A stretch of DNA of 64,000 nucleotides, taken from Malacoraja senta (taxonomy: Eukaryota). Shown one piece after another: positions 24,604 through 36,996 of this stretch. The notes under the pieces are model-generated. The model was not told where the DNA came from. It saw only the letters and a list, made by a program, of their open reading frames with translations, and ran no database searches. The stretch lies in the NCBI GenBank assembly GCA_038087875.1, contig JAXLNO010000051.1, positions 682,001 to 746,000 on the forward strand, in the 5' to 3' direction. Numbering within the stretch: position 1 is the stretch's first letter; each line of letters opens with the position of its first letter. The position numbers and the translations under genes are program-made.

Positions 24604-26079
24604 ACTTTAAGCCTGGAGGAATGGAAAGAAGGATTCTGATCTATTTCACTTACCACAGAGATGAGTGAAACTGAAAGATTGGTCATTGCGATTTCTGACC
24701 TAGAAACATACACACACTCATCCATCATATTCTTCAAGCTGGTCGATTTTTCTTTAAATCTGAAAAATAATTTTAAGGTTGTTTGCTGTCTTTGTCAAGT
24801 AGACATGATCAATCGAATAATAGCATGAATACTCTGAAGGAAATTGTTATAATGTTAACATTGCAAAGTGATGTATCCACAGATATTTTGCACGGGTAAG
24901 TTTAATGAAGTTGGCCATAACAGATTATGAGCATGTTTTATTTTTCACAGGATTGAATGTATGAAAGCCAGAATTCATGACAAATTGGAGCAGAAGGCAT
25001 CAAACCCAAGTATGCGAATCTAGCGATTCAGATGAGGATTGGACACCTAAACTTCTGACAAAAAATCCAAAACGTAATTTAAATGTGTTTGAATATAATT
25101 GTTTTTCAAATATAATTGATTCAAATCAATTTGGCCGTTAGCCTATGTAATCTGTTGCAAGAGAGATTTTATACATATCTTTGGAGTGGTGGGTTACGTG
25201 GTAAATTTAATAATTTTTCCCAATGTGTTATTCATGAAGTGCAAATTTACTTTTCCTAATTTTTACTTTTGTGATATGCTGCTTCCATTTTTAACTCAAA
25301 TACATTAGATATATCCAGAATTGCCAAACTATTGAGATACAGTCTGTATTTTTCCAAAGCAGCACTGATGTGGCACTTTTTTCCCCTAAGGAGTCAGAGT
25401 CTTTAGGCCTCCTTTTAAGAATGAAAATGGCAAGAATACCGAATACCTGTCATAAAGGTAAGAACAGAAATTATTCCCAGGATAAAGGACAAGCGAGAAT
25501 ACGCTTTTATAAATCAACAGAGTGGCTCTAGATTAGCATTTTTTTTTCGACCAGATCGAAACGACTGCTTTTTAGAAAAATCTTCATAACTGCTGTTGGA
25601 GTCAGGAGCTAATGTGGCACCTTCACGCCCACGTTGGTTCTGCATGCAGCCTATCACCGCTGGCGACTCGCCAGCAGCCTCACGAATTTGTCCAGCCACA
25701 AGAGCTCAATAACAACTCCAAGGTCAGAGGCAGTAATTTGCCTTATCTACACACTGGTTATGATTGTTGAGAATGTATGTAAAAGGGGTTCTGGAATAAA
25801 CGTGATACGTGGTGTCTGGCTCAGCTAAGTATCGGTTGTTCTTTGCTTTCTGTCCTGGGATTCAGTGCATCCTACACTAACATTCACAAATATATTTTTA
25901 TTGTTGAAAGAGGGTCAATTGCTCCCACATTTTCCTACATTTGCTGACAATATCAAACTTCCCTTTAGAGTAGAGTATGAAAGGTGAGAAGTCACTGAAA
26001 TATTGCACACTAGGCAGTGACTGCTTTTATTAGTAATTTAGTTGAGTATCCCAGTTAATAATACGATGGAAGAAATGAT

Positions 26080-26525
26080 CATATTCATACTTTATTAGCC
26101 AAATGTTTTGCAAAATACAAGGAATTTCATTTGCCATGCAGTCATAGCAGTAAAAAGCAACAGAACACTCAAAATACATTTTAACATAAACACCCATCAC
26201 AGTGACTCCTCCACATTCCTTACTGTGATGGAAGACGACAAAAAAATCAATCTCTTCCCTTCGTTGTTCTCCGCCGTCGGGGGCCACGAGCCTTCCGTTG
26301 ATGGCGTATTCTTGGCTCCCGTAGCCGGTGGTCGGGTCTTCCGCATCAGGGCGATCAAGCCTCTGCATTGTGGGGGGAATCTCAGCTCCCCCCGCGCCGG
26401 GTGATCTGACCCTGGGTCAGGGCTGGTCGAAACCTTCTGCGACTGGAGCTTCCCGACATCGGTCTCTACCCGAGACTGTGAGCTCCTCGGTGGTGAAATC
26501 TGTAGGCTGCATTGGAGCGTCGATC
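26080..26525 (-). mobile_element. GC-rich non-autonomous retroposon, truncated by a deletion
   Basis: Minus-strand AATAAAGTATGAATATGA tail. A longer mirror copy lies at ~44520-45250. Confidence 0.45.
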
Positions 26526-27729
26526 AAAGGCTCGATTTATGTTCACCTATTTCTACAAATTGTTGCATGGCACACCAGTCTTTATGAAGGGCTTTGTCGG
26601 TAATTTCAATCACTCAGATGGAAGACTCTTCCAGATGGTCTCAGCATTGCCCCACCCAAAATTCGTAAAGCTGGTCTTGGCGTCTGGAATGAAGGGAATG
26701 TTTTTTCTCAGGGGGCGTTCACTTTGGATCCTGTGAAGGAGAGGTTTCAAGTGAAGAAGAAACTGCTGTCAGTGGGTATTCATGGGTAGTAAGTGACTAC
26801 AGTAGTTAATAATGGAAATGCTCAGCAGGTTTGATAACATTTGTTGATGAAAGATTATCATCCTGAAATGTGAGCTGTGTTTTGTCCCACACAGATGCTG
26901 TCTGACTTGATGTGTATCTCCTGAATTCTCCTTTTTAATTACAAATTTTTGGGAGCTGAATTATTTTGCATTTTAAAGATTGTAATCAGGTTTCTTACTA
27001 ATAAAGACACAGTTTCAAAGCTAACTGAAAATATTTTCTGTTAGATTCTTTAATTACGTTTCCATTTTTCATTTGGTTGTCAATGTGATTTGGATGCCTC
27101 TGTGCTCTTTGTCCCTCTCTACTGTTCCGGTGATTCTCACTTCACTGCTCAGATTGGCATTCCTCTCCCTCACCCAATCTCTGAGCTAAATCAGTGCTCC
27201 ATCTCCTTCCATGTCTGCTGCCCCTCTTTCATCCTGATTTCTGACGTCCTTGTTTGAGAATGAATTAAATATTTCTGACCAGTAAGAAATCATTAGAAGA
27301 GTGACATTACCAAATTAAAGAACCTATTACAACCCGGCAAAGCTCCTTGAAATTGTACTAAATATTTATTATATTATTAGTTTATTTGCCATTTGATTCC
27401 ATTCGCAGGAATTTTGGAGTTCACTGATATAAAAGTGTAATTAAGTAAAATAGGTTGTGGTAGTTAGTGAAGGCATAATATTGCGAACTTTGTAAGCCTC
27501 ACATTTATTTTCTTTATCAATGTGTTTTTTATAACCAAATATCTTTTTATAGATCAGTAAGGCAAACAATGACTGAATACATTTATGCAAAGGATGAATC
27601 TAAATCGAACTGAGGTAAGGAAAGACCAATGCTGATCATAATAATAAGCAATAACAGGGTTATTTAAAAAAAAGAGATACAAGAGACTGCACATGCTGGA
27701 ATCTAGGACTAAAAGCAAATTGCAAGAGG

Positions 27730-28670
27730 AACTAGCTGTCTAGTTATCCAGTATGCAGCTCAGTCTAGCTATCTACCTAGCTATCCAGTATGTAGCTCAG
27801 TCTAGGCTAGCTACCGAGCTATCCAAGTATGTATCTCCATTCGAGGTCGCTATATAGTTATCCAGTATGTTGCTTAGTCTAGTTTAGTTATCTAGTTATA
27901 CAGTGTGTTGCTCAGACTAGCTAGCTATCTATCTATCCATTATGAAGCCATCGCACTCGCTACGTAGCTATCCAGTATGTAGCTCAGTCTAGGTAGCTTA
28001 TCTAATTATCCAGTAAGTAGATCAGTCTAGCTAGCTGTCTAACTATCCAGTATGTTGCTCAGACCAGCTAGCTATTTATCCATTATGTAGTCATCTCACA
28101 GGCTACGTGGCTATCCAGCATGTAGCTCAGCCTAGCTACCTACCTATCTATCCAAGTATGTAGTTCAAATTGCTAGCTACCAAGCTTTCCAGTATAGAGC
28201 TTCTTCTTCTTCTTTTCGTGTCTTTGAAGCTGGTTGGCTATATGACAGTTTCCCATTTCTTTACACAGTCCTTTGCGTTTTTATTGAACACTGCAAGATG
28301 CTTTGAGCTGCACTGGTTGGGTAGTAGGGGGAAGACAAGACAGTGCTGCATTGTGTGGTCCTCTCTCCACATTCACAGGTGGTTTGGCCAGTTTCATAGC
28401 CCCATCCGGCCATGGCATCCTTTGATCGCCCTGTTCCTGTTCTCAGGCGGTTGAGCGTCTTCCACTGGACCCATGGTGCTTCTGAGCCCGGAGGGAGGGC
28501 TTCAGAAGGAGGGATACCCCATGTCAGTAGGAGGTATAGAGCTATCTAGCTAGCTACCTAGCTATCCCAATATGTAGCTATCTCGCTAGCTACCTAGCTA
28601 TCTAATAGGTGGCTCAGTCTCGTTTGCTCCCTAGCTATCCAGTATGTAGCCCCGTCTAGCTAGCAACTAA
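27730..28670 (-). repeat. TAGC-rich minisatellite, reversed relative to 15815-16515
   Basis: CTATCCAGTATGTAGCTCAGTCTAGCTAG units. Confidence 0.8.
28202..28533 (-). mobile_element. Ingi/Vingi-like LINE 3' fragment with a 10-bp target-site duplication
   Basis: Minus strand encodes 'LPPGSEAPWVQWKTLNRLRTGTGRSK..TCECGE' and ends in a (GAA)n tail. TSD GTATAGAGCT at 28192-28201 and 28534-28543. The clade name is inferred from the motif. Confidence 0.7.
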
Positions 28671-29126
28671 AGGCGCATAACACTAACACTTCCAATGTAT
28701 AGTAAGAAGATACAGTGCTTTATAAATCGCGACTAAACCGTGAAGGAGATAAGTAAGGAGGAATACAATGTGGCCTCTGTAATGGAAACCTGTATTTCAG
28801 TATTTAATACAGACTTTGTACTTGGGGTTAGGCCGACAAACCCGTCCCACACGCATACGGTACAGGCCCTCTGCTGGAGGGTGATATCATTATCAGGCGG
28901 TGGTTCAACAGTCGTTGTGGGAGATTTCACGCGTAACATCACCGGCGTTCTAATAGGTGATTTCGGGAATAGTGCTGGTGGCAGTCGGGGGAGGCTCATC
29001 ACCCGCGTCCCCTCCTCCATTCTCCACCCCCCCCCCCCCGCACTCCTCTCCAACCCTCTCATCCCCTCTTCCCTCCTCGCATCCCCACCTCTCCTCTCCC
29101 TTCCCTCTCCTCCCATCATCTTCCCA

Positions 29127-30160
29127 CATAGAAACATAGAAACATAGAAAATAGGTGCAGGAGTAGGCCATTCGGCTCTTCGAGCCAGCACCGCCATTCA
29201 ATATGATCATGGCTGATCATCCAACTCAGTATCCCGTACCTGCCTTCTCTCCATACACCCTGACCCCTTTAGCCACAAGGGCCACATCTAACTCCCTCTG
29301 AAATATAGTCAATGAACTGGCCTCAACTACCCTCTGTGGCAGAGAGTTCCAGAGATTCACCACTCCCTGTGTGAAAACGTTTTTCCTCATCTCGGTCTTA
29401 AAGGATTTCCCCCTTATCCTTAAGCTGTGACCCCTTGTCTGGACTTCCCCAACATCGGGAACAATCTTCCTGCATCTAGCCTGTCCAACCCCATAATAAT
29501 TTTGTACGTTTCTATAAGATCCCCTCTCAATCTCCTAAATTCTAGCGAGTATAAGCCAAGTCTATCCAGTCTTTCTTCATATGAAAGTCCTGACATCCCA
29601 GGAATCAGTCTGGTGAACCTTCTCTGCACTCCCTCTATGGCTATAATGTTCTTCCTCAGATTTGGAGACCAAAACTGAACGCAATACTCCAGCTGTGGTC
29701 TCACCAAGACCCTGTGCAACTGCAGTAGAACCTCCCTGCTCCTATACTCAAATCCTCTTGCTATGAAAGCCATCATACATTCGCTTTCTTCACTGCCTGC
29801 TGCACCTGCATGCCTACTTTCAATGACTGGTGTACCATGACACCATATCTCGCTGCATCTCGCCATTTCCTAATCGGCCACCATTTAGATAATAGTCTGC
29901 CTTTTGTTTTTGCCACCAAGTGGATAACCTCACATTTATCCACATTATACTGCATCTGCCAAACATTTCCCTATCACCCAGCCTATCCATGTCACCTGGC
30001 AGTCGCGTAGCATCCTCCTCACAGCTAACACTGCCCCCCCAGCTTAGTGTCATCCGCAAACTTGGAGATGTTGCTTTCAAATTCCCTCATCCAGTTCATT
30101 AATATAAATTGTAAATAGCTGGGGTCCCAGCACTGAGCCTTGCGTTACCCCACTAGTCAC
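29127..30160 (-). mobile_element. CR1 LINE 3' ~1 kb
   Basis: 'LVRPQLEYCVQFWSP..RRLRGDLIETYKI' and a tandem CATAGAAA tail. Confidence 0.92.
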
Positions 30161-33100
30161 TGTCTCCTCCTCTCTCTCCTCTCACCTCCCATCAAATCCA
30201 GCACCAAAGATAATTATAATAAGGTGGAGGTGAAAGATGGTCTCCCTCTCCTCGCATCCTTCCCTCTCCTTCACTCTCCTCCCTTCTTCTCTCCTCCCTC
30301 TCCTTCCATCTCTCCCCCTCTCCTCCCGCTCTTATTCCCCCCCTCCTCCCTCTCTCCTCCCTCCTCTCCTACCCTCTCATCTACCCTCTCCTCCACTCCC
30401 CCTCCACTCATCTCCTCCTCCCATCTCATCCCCTCTCTTCTCCTCTCCTCTCCTTTCCCTCTCCTCTCTCTATTCTCTCCCCACTTCCACTCTCCTCCCC
30501 GACTTTCCGCTTCTCTTCCCTCCCAGCTCCCCTCATCTCTTCTTCCTCACTCCTCTCCATCTTCTCCCTCCCCTGTATTCTCCTAACCGCTCCTCCCCGC
30601 CCCTTCTCTCTCTCTTCCCCTTTACTTTCCTCTCCTCTCTCCCCCTCCGCCCCTCTCCCCTCCCATCCTCTCTTCTCCTCACATTTACTTTCTTCTCCTC
30701 TCTCCCCTCCCTCTCCTCTCCCTCTCCTTCCTCCAGTCTCCTCCCCTCCCCTCTCCCCTCCTCCCCTTTCCTCAACTCTTCTCACTTCTTCCGATCCCCT
30801 CTCCTCCTCCTCCCTCTCATCCCTCCTCCATTCCCACTTCTCTCCTCCTCCCTCCTCCCTCCTCCCTCTGCTCTCCTCCCGATGTTCCCATCTCCCCTCC
30901 ACTCATCCCCATCGTCCCCTCTCCCCTCCTCCCCTCCTCTCTTCTCCTACACTCTTCTCCTCTTCTCCCCTTCTCTTTCCCCCCTCTCCCTCACCTCTCC
31001 TCCCCTCCCATACCTTCCTCTCCTCTCCTCAAGTCCCCTCTAGTCTTCTCCCCTCTGCTCTCCTCTCCTATCCTCTCCTCCTCTCCCCTCTCCTCTTCTC
31101 TGCGCTCCCCTTCTCTCCCCTCCCTCCTCCCCCCTCAAGTCAAGAACCAAAGGTAATGTGGAGGTGATAGATTGTCTCCGCACCCCCGCTCCTCCCCCTC
31201 CCCTCCTCTCCTCTCTCTTCTCCTATCCTCCCTCGCCACTCCTTCCTACACCTCTGCTCTTCTCCCCTCCGCTTCTCTCTTACCTTACCCTCTCATCTTC
31301 TCCTGTCCTCTCCATCCCTCCACTCTCCTCTCCTCTATACTCCTAATCCTCATCCTCTCCTCTCCCCTCCTACCCTGTACCTTCCACGCCTTTCCTCAAC
31401 TCTGCTCTCCTCTCCACTCCCACCCTTAACTATCCGCTCTCTTCTCTCCTCTCGCGCCCTCCCTTTTCCTCTCCTTCCTTCTCCTCTCCTCCTCTCCTAT
31501 TCTCTCCAGTTCCCTCCCTCCTCCTCTCTTCTTCTATCAACCCCCCACATTTCCCCTCTGCTCTGCCCCCCTTCCCCCTCCTCCCCTCTCCTCTCTCTTC
31601 TCTAATCTTCTTCCCTCTCCTCCACCTCTCCACTCCCCTCCACTGCTCTTCTACCCCTCCTCCCCACACTCCACTCCTCTCCTCTCCTATCCACTCCCTC
31701 ATCAACCCTCCTGCTCTCTCCTGCTCTCCACTCCCCTCCCTCTACTCCCCTCGTCTTCCCACATCTCCCCTCCTCTCGTCCCCTCCCCTCTTCTCTCCTC
31801 TCATCCCCTCTCCCCATCCTCTCTTCTCCTTTATTTTCCTCTCCTTTATCCCCTCTTTCCCTCCCGTCTACTCCCATCTCCCCTCCCCATCCTTTCTTCT
31901 CCTTTACTTCCTCGCCTCTCTCCTCTACTTGTGGATGTGGAGTATATGTGTGGAGGAGGATAGCAGTGGGAAGGAAAGGAGGGGAGTAGAGAGGGGAGAG
32001 GAGAGAAAACGTGAGGGGAGGAAAGTAGAGGAGAGGGGAGAAGAGGAGAGGAGGGTAGTGGAGTGGGGAAGATAGGGAGAAGAGGGGAGGTTGAGTGGCA
32101 AGAATAGAGGGCAGGAAGGGAGAGGTGAGGAGGAGAGTAGACAGTCTCTCCTCCACCAATTTGGTGCTGGATTTGAGGGGAGGGGAGAGGAGAGGAGGGG
32201 GTAGGGGGTAGGAAAGGGAGGAGGGGGAGGAGAGGGAGAATAGGAGCGGGGAGGATAGGAGAGGGGAGAAGAGGAGAGGAGAAGTGAGGGAAGGATAGTA
32301 GAGGAGGGGGTGGAGAGGGAGGGTAGGTGAGAGGAGGATGAGAGTAGTGGAGGGGAGGAGAGGAGAATGGAGGGGAGGACAGGAGGTGTCAAGGGAGGAG
32401 AGCGGGGTGGAGAAGAGTGGGAGACGGAGGCGAGCCGAGAGGAGGGGAGGATAGGAGAGGAGAGGGGGGAGATGGGAGGAGGGATGAGAGCAGAGGAGGG
32501 GAGGGGAGTGGAGCGTAGTGGAGAAGGTGGGAGGAGAGGGAGAGGGGAGAGGAGGGTATGAGAAGAGAGTGGTGGGGAGAGGAGAGAGGTTGAGAGGGTA
32601 TGGGAGGGGATGAGAGAGGTGGAGAGGGACGAGAGAGGAAAGTATAGGGAGGTTTCACGGCAGTCTGGGTCACGACCCTTGACCCATACTGTTGCTACGC
32701 TACGCCAAGTGGATTACACGCGATGAACTGCAGGCAGGCTCTTACCATTGTTTCCAGCGTAGCGGGCCCGTTAAAACCTGCCGAAATTGTCAATTTTTGT
32801 GCTGTAAATAATTATGGAAATCGGGATAAGCGTGAGAGACATTTAGCCTACTTCAGAATTCAAAAAGTGAGGAGAAATGACGGTAGATAGAAGCGAGAGC
32901 TGAAGGGACAACAACAGCCAGAGTGTTTGTCGAACATTGGCCGTTTACTCACTGCATTTCATCAACTAAGGTAGTATTTGTGTTTTTTCTTGATTCCTTT
33001 GGCATCTAAAAATTTCAGAAGGGATAAATCTGGCTGTAAAATTTTTGAAATCGCCCATAGTTCTCAAGTGGGTTTTTACATACAAAAATAAAACGCCTCT

Positions 33101-34165
33101 GAAGCAAAATTTACAAACCAAATTTATCATTTCTGAGACTTTTTAGATACCAAAGGAATCAAGAAAAACCCAAATAATGCCTTACCGTTAATGAAATGCA
33201 GTGAGAAAATGCGTATCAGTGAGCAGCGAAAAAATTCAACATTTTGGCGGTTTTTAACAGGTAGGAAAGTACGCGTTTCTTGCATTAATAACACATAACC
33301 GGAAGTTACGGATGTACTCCAGATGGATTGAGCGGCTCCATGCGTCAAGACCTATGACCCAGTGACCTTACGTGCAACCCACCTATAGGAGAGGAGGGGC
33401 GAGAAAAGTGGGAGGTGGGGCGAGGGGAGAGAAGGGAGGAGGAGGTGAGGGAGGCAGAGGAGGGGAGAGGGGAGGAGAGCGGAAAGGGGAGTTGAAGGGA
33501 GAGGAGAGGAGAGGACAATCTCTCACCATTACAATACAATGATATTTGGTGCAGGATTTGAGGGGAGCGGAGAGAGAGAATCAGGGAGAGAGGACAGGGT
33601 AGGGGAGGGGAGGAAAGGAGGAGGGAGGAGAGGAGAGGAATGGAGAGGGGAGAGGAAGAGGAGTGGAGGGGGAGGGGCAAGAGGTGAGGTGAGGAGAGGG
33701 GAGCAGAGGAGATGAGAGAGTAGAGTAGAGGAGAGCAGAGTAGAAACATAGAAACATGGAAATTAGGTGCAGGAGTAGGCCATTCGGCCCTTTGAGCCTG
33801 CACCGCCATTCAATATGATCATGGCTGATCATCCAACTCAGTATCCCGTACCTGTCTTCTCTCAATACCCCCTGATCCCCTTAGCCACAAGGGCCACATC
33901 TAACTCCCTCTTAAATGTAGCCAATGAACTCAACTACCTTGTGTGGCAGAGTAGAGAAGTGAGGGGAGAGGAAAGGGAGACGAAGGGGAGCGGGGAGATT
34001 GAGGGGAGCAGAGAGGAGGGCAGGTGAGGAGCGGAGAGAGGAAGGATTAACAAGAGAGGGGAGAGGAGGGGAGTGGAGAGGAGAATCTCTCAACTAGACC
34101 ATATTGCAATTATCTTTAATGCTGGTTTGAGGGGAGGGGAGAGAGAGGGAGGGGAAGAGTGGAGA
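30161..34165. repeat. Polypyrimidine (30161-31925) then polypurine (31926-34165) low-complexity tract with an embedded recurring motif
   Basis: The composition switch is visible directly. The S/P/L- and E/G/R-rich ORFs here are artefacts. Confidence 0.9.
32643..33387. mobile_element. Non-autonomous DNA transposon (MITE / fold-back)
   Basis: Imperfect TIRs: TATAGGGAGGTTTCACG..CTGGGTCA..CTTGAC versus the reverse complement of GTCAAG..TGACCCAG..CGTGCAACCCACCTATA. Internal inverted repeat at ~32950-33030 / 33120-33203. Confidence 0.7.
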
Positions 34166-34447
34166 GTCAATAGACTATAAACAATAGGTGCAGGAGTAGG
34201 CCATTCGGCCCTTCGAGCCATCACCGCCATTCAATGTGATCATGGCTGATCATCTCCAATCAGTACACCGTTCCTTACTTCTCCCCATATCCCCTGACTC
34301 CGCTATCTTTAAGAACCCTATCTAGCTCTCTCTTGAAAGTATCCAGAGAGCAGGCCTCCACGACCCTCTGAGGTAGAGAATTCCACACTCACCACTCTCT
34401 GTGAGGAAAAAGTGTTTCCTCATCTCCGTTCTAAATTGCTTACTCCT
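33743..34447 (-). mobile_element. Two CR1 3'-end fragments (33743-33950 and 34166-34447)
   Basis: Both carry the GGTGCAGGAGTAGGCCATTCGGCCC 3' UTR shared with the other CR1 copies. Confidence 0.85.
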
Positions 34448-34647
34448 NNNNNNNNNNNNNNNNNNNNNNNNNNNNNNNNNNNNNNNNNNNNNNNNNNNNN
34501 NNNNNNNNNNNNNNNNNNNNNNNNNNNNNNNNNNNNNNNNNNNNNNNNNNNNNNNNNNNNNNNNNNNNNNNNNNNNNNNNNNNNNNNNNNNNNNNNNNNN
34601 NNNNNNNNNNNNNNNNNNNNNNNNNNNNNNNNNNNNNNNNNNNNNNN
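34448..34647. other. Assembly gap (200 N)
   Basis: Run of N. Confidence 1.
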
Positions 34648-35876
34648 ACAACTGGTAAGATTCATAACTTAGAACTACCAGATGATGTCTGTGAGAGGGT
34701 TTGGGAGCGGAGGGCACGTAGTCCCTCTACGCAACTCCTCATAAAATAAAGATCAAACTTCAAACTGGTAAGTTCTCGTTTAATCTTACTATTTTACTTC
34801 GGAGTCACGTGAGTGACTACGTGAAGATTTCAAAGGTCTGTGATTTCATGCCGTGAGAAACGAGTCTACACAACCAAAACTGCTTCATTGACTAAAGAGG
34901 GAAAACATTCATTATGCATACAGTTATGACATAGATTTGAAACATGCTGATGCTGTTCAATGAAGTAATAATAATAGTGACACCTCTACTCCGGCTGGAA
35001 ATATAAATAAAAACATTTAAATACAATTTATAATAGAATTTAAAATAGAGTTGACAAATACCCTTGGTCTGGCAATGGGTTATCGTTATGTTAGAAACGT
35101 TCGTATGACCATGCTGCAACCGTTAGGATGATCCAGCGGAACGTCAATAACCCTTGCTGCTGATGTTGTAGCAGCCCTGGTGCAGTGAGATCTGGAAATC
35201 AGTATCTACCCCTGCATAAATCAACCCTGTTTTTATCCCTGGAATGATCTGACCGGATACGTTTTATAACGATTTTTCTTGTACAAAAAAGCATTGTCAG
35301 TTCAGAGCCTTGAAGGCTCTTGGTGACCTTGAAGTATTGTTATAATAATAATAATAATAACTTTATTTATAGAGCACTATAAAAACAACCACAGTTGCAA
35401 CAATGTGCTGTACATGACTAATCATGGACAAGAAATTATTACATAACAATAAAAACATTAAACGAAAGAGTAAAAACAATAAAATAAAAAAACATTAAAA
35501 GCACTAAAAAACAGGAGCAAAGTCTCAAGCAGTGTCAAAAGCCAAGGAATATAAATGTGTTTAATATATGTGTGCATCACATAGCCAAAGGTCCCTTGGT
35601 ATGACTTGAACTATTCTTGGCCCTGACATCCCTTCTGGTGTGCTAAGTAATTATAAAACATAAACATTATATAATTTACAGATGTAATCATCCCACCCCT
35701 TCGCAATATGTATTGAATGAACCTGTTGCGCTTAACCAGCGCCAGTAGGATAACTACCGTATGAGAGCCGGCCAATCTAAGGATGTAACTGGAGCCCCCT
35801 TGTGACATAGCGTTAACATAATGTCAATATCTCATACTGCATGTACTTGTGCTAGGAGAACTTGTGTTAAAGATAT

Positions 35877-36660
35877 CATAGAAACTTAGACATAGAAACA
35901 TAGAAAATAGGTACAGGAGTAGGCCATTCGGCCCTTCGAGCCTGCACCGCCATTCAATATGATCATGGCTGATCATCCAATTCAGTATCCTGGACCTACC
36001 TTCTCTCCATACCCCCTGATACCTTTAGCCACAAGGGCCACATCTAACTTCATCTTAAATATAGCCAATGAACTGGCCTCAACTACCTTCTGTGTCAGAG
36101 AATTCCAGAGATTCACCACTCTCTGTGTGAAAAATGTTTTTCTTATCTTGGTCCTAAAAGATTTCCCCCTTATCCTTAAACTGTAACCCCTTGTTCTGGA
36201 CTTCCCCAACATCGGGAACAATCTTCCTGCATCTAGCCTGTCCAATCCCTTAAGAATTTTGTAAGTTTCTATAAGATCCCCCCTCAATCTTCTAAATTCT
36301 AGCGAGTACAAGCCAAGTCTATCCAGTCTTTCTTCATATGAAAGTCCTGACATCCCAGGAATCAATCTGGTGAACCTTCTCTGTACTCCCTCTATGGCAA
36401 GAATGGCTTTCCTCAGATTAGGAGACCAAAACTGTACGCAATACTCCAGGTGTGGTCTCACCAAGACCCTGTACAACTGCAGTAGAACCTCCTTGCTCCT
36501 ATACTCAAATCCTTTTGCTATGAATGCTAACATACCATTCGCTTTCTTCACTGCCTGCTGCACCTGCATGCCTACTTTCAATGACTGGTATACCATGACA
36601 CCCAGGTCTCGTTGCATCTTCCCTTTTCCTAATCGGCCGCCATTCGGATAATAGTCTACT
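35877..36660 (-). mobile_element. CR1 LINE 3' half
   Basis: 211-aa ORF 35982-36617 of the CR1 RT C-terminus, plus tail. Confidence 0.93.
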
Positions 36661-36996
36661 TCTTAACGTAAATTTGCTGATTCAGGCTGGCTCGGGAAAT
36701 CAGCTGTTGCATGTTACAATCAATGTATGCGTGGCAGTTCTGATTAGCCTGCCTTACGGCCTGAGTTGGCACACGGATCCATGTATGGGTTCAATCCAGA
36801 GTGCTGCGATAGCACCAAAAAATATAATTCAGTACATTCTTTCAGGAGAAGGGTAGTGTTGTTACTGCTAATGTTCCATTCAAAACGGTAGAGATTATTG
36901 ACGTCTTGGAGTTCATTGTAAATGGTCTGTTGACAATAATTGAGTTATAGGGCCATTTACTGTGCCAACGTGTTCTCATCATATTTACTGCAGAAA

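Larger units (their letters stand above)
22359..27614 (+). pseudogene. PRDM9: PRDM9 pseudogene, left copy (KRAB exon, linker exon and partial PR/SET; no zinc-finger array seen)
   Basis: AG/GT-bounded exons: 22359-22482 DADHFDDIAGYFPNEEFEEIIDSEKRRYRNIKLNYEAMLAI(G); 24951-25073 GLNV*KPEFM..ESSDSDEDWTPK; 27553-27614 ISK../EYIYAKDESKSN*. Exon remnant 26563-26788 LHGTPVFMK../TLPDGLSIAPPKIRKAGLGVWNEG../VHFGSCEGEVSSEEETAVSGYSWV ends at a GT donor. All match the order and motifs of human PRDM9 as recalled (FKDISIYFTKEEW..EKTRYRNVKRNY; DSDEEWTP; AGLGVWNE..HFGPYEG..GYSWL; YEYVDGKDKSWANW). Confidence 0.92.

Noticed and set aside
28680..29010. Minus-strand 'RVGRVCRPNPKY', resembling a Gypsy integrase C-terminus
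   Set aside because: Only a short motif in a stop-interrupted frame, with no LTR or other domain to support it.
30140..32673. Long S/P/L-rich and E/G/R-rich ORFs (up to 268 aa)
   Set aside because: CT/GA low-complexity DNA is poor in stop codons.
34322..34717. ORFs containing X runs
   Set aside because: Artefacts of the N gap.
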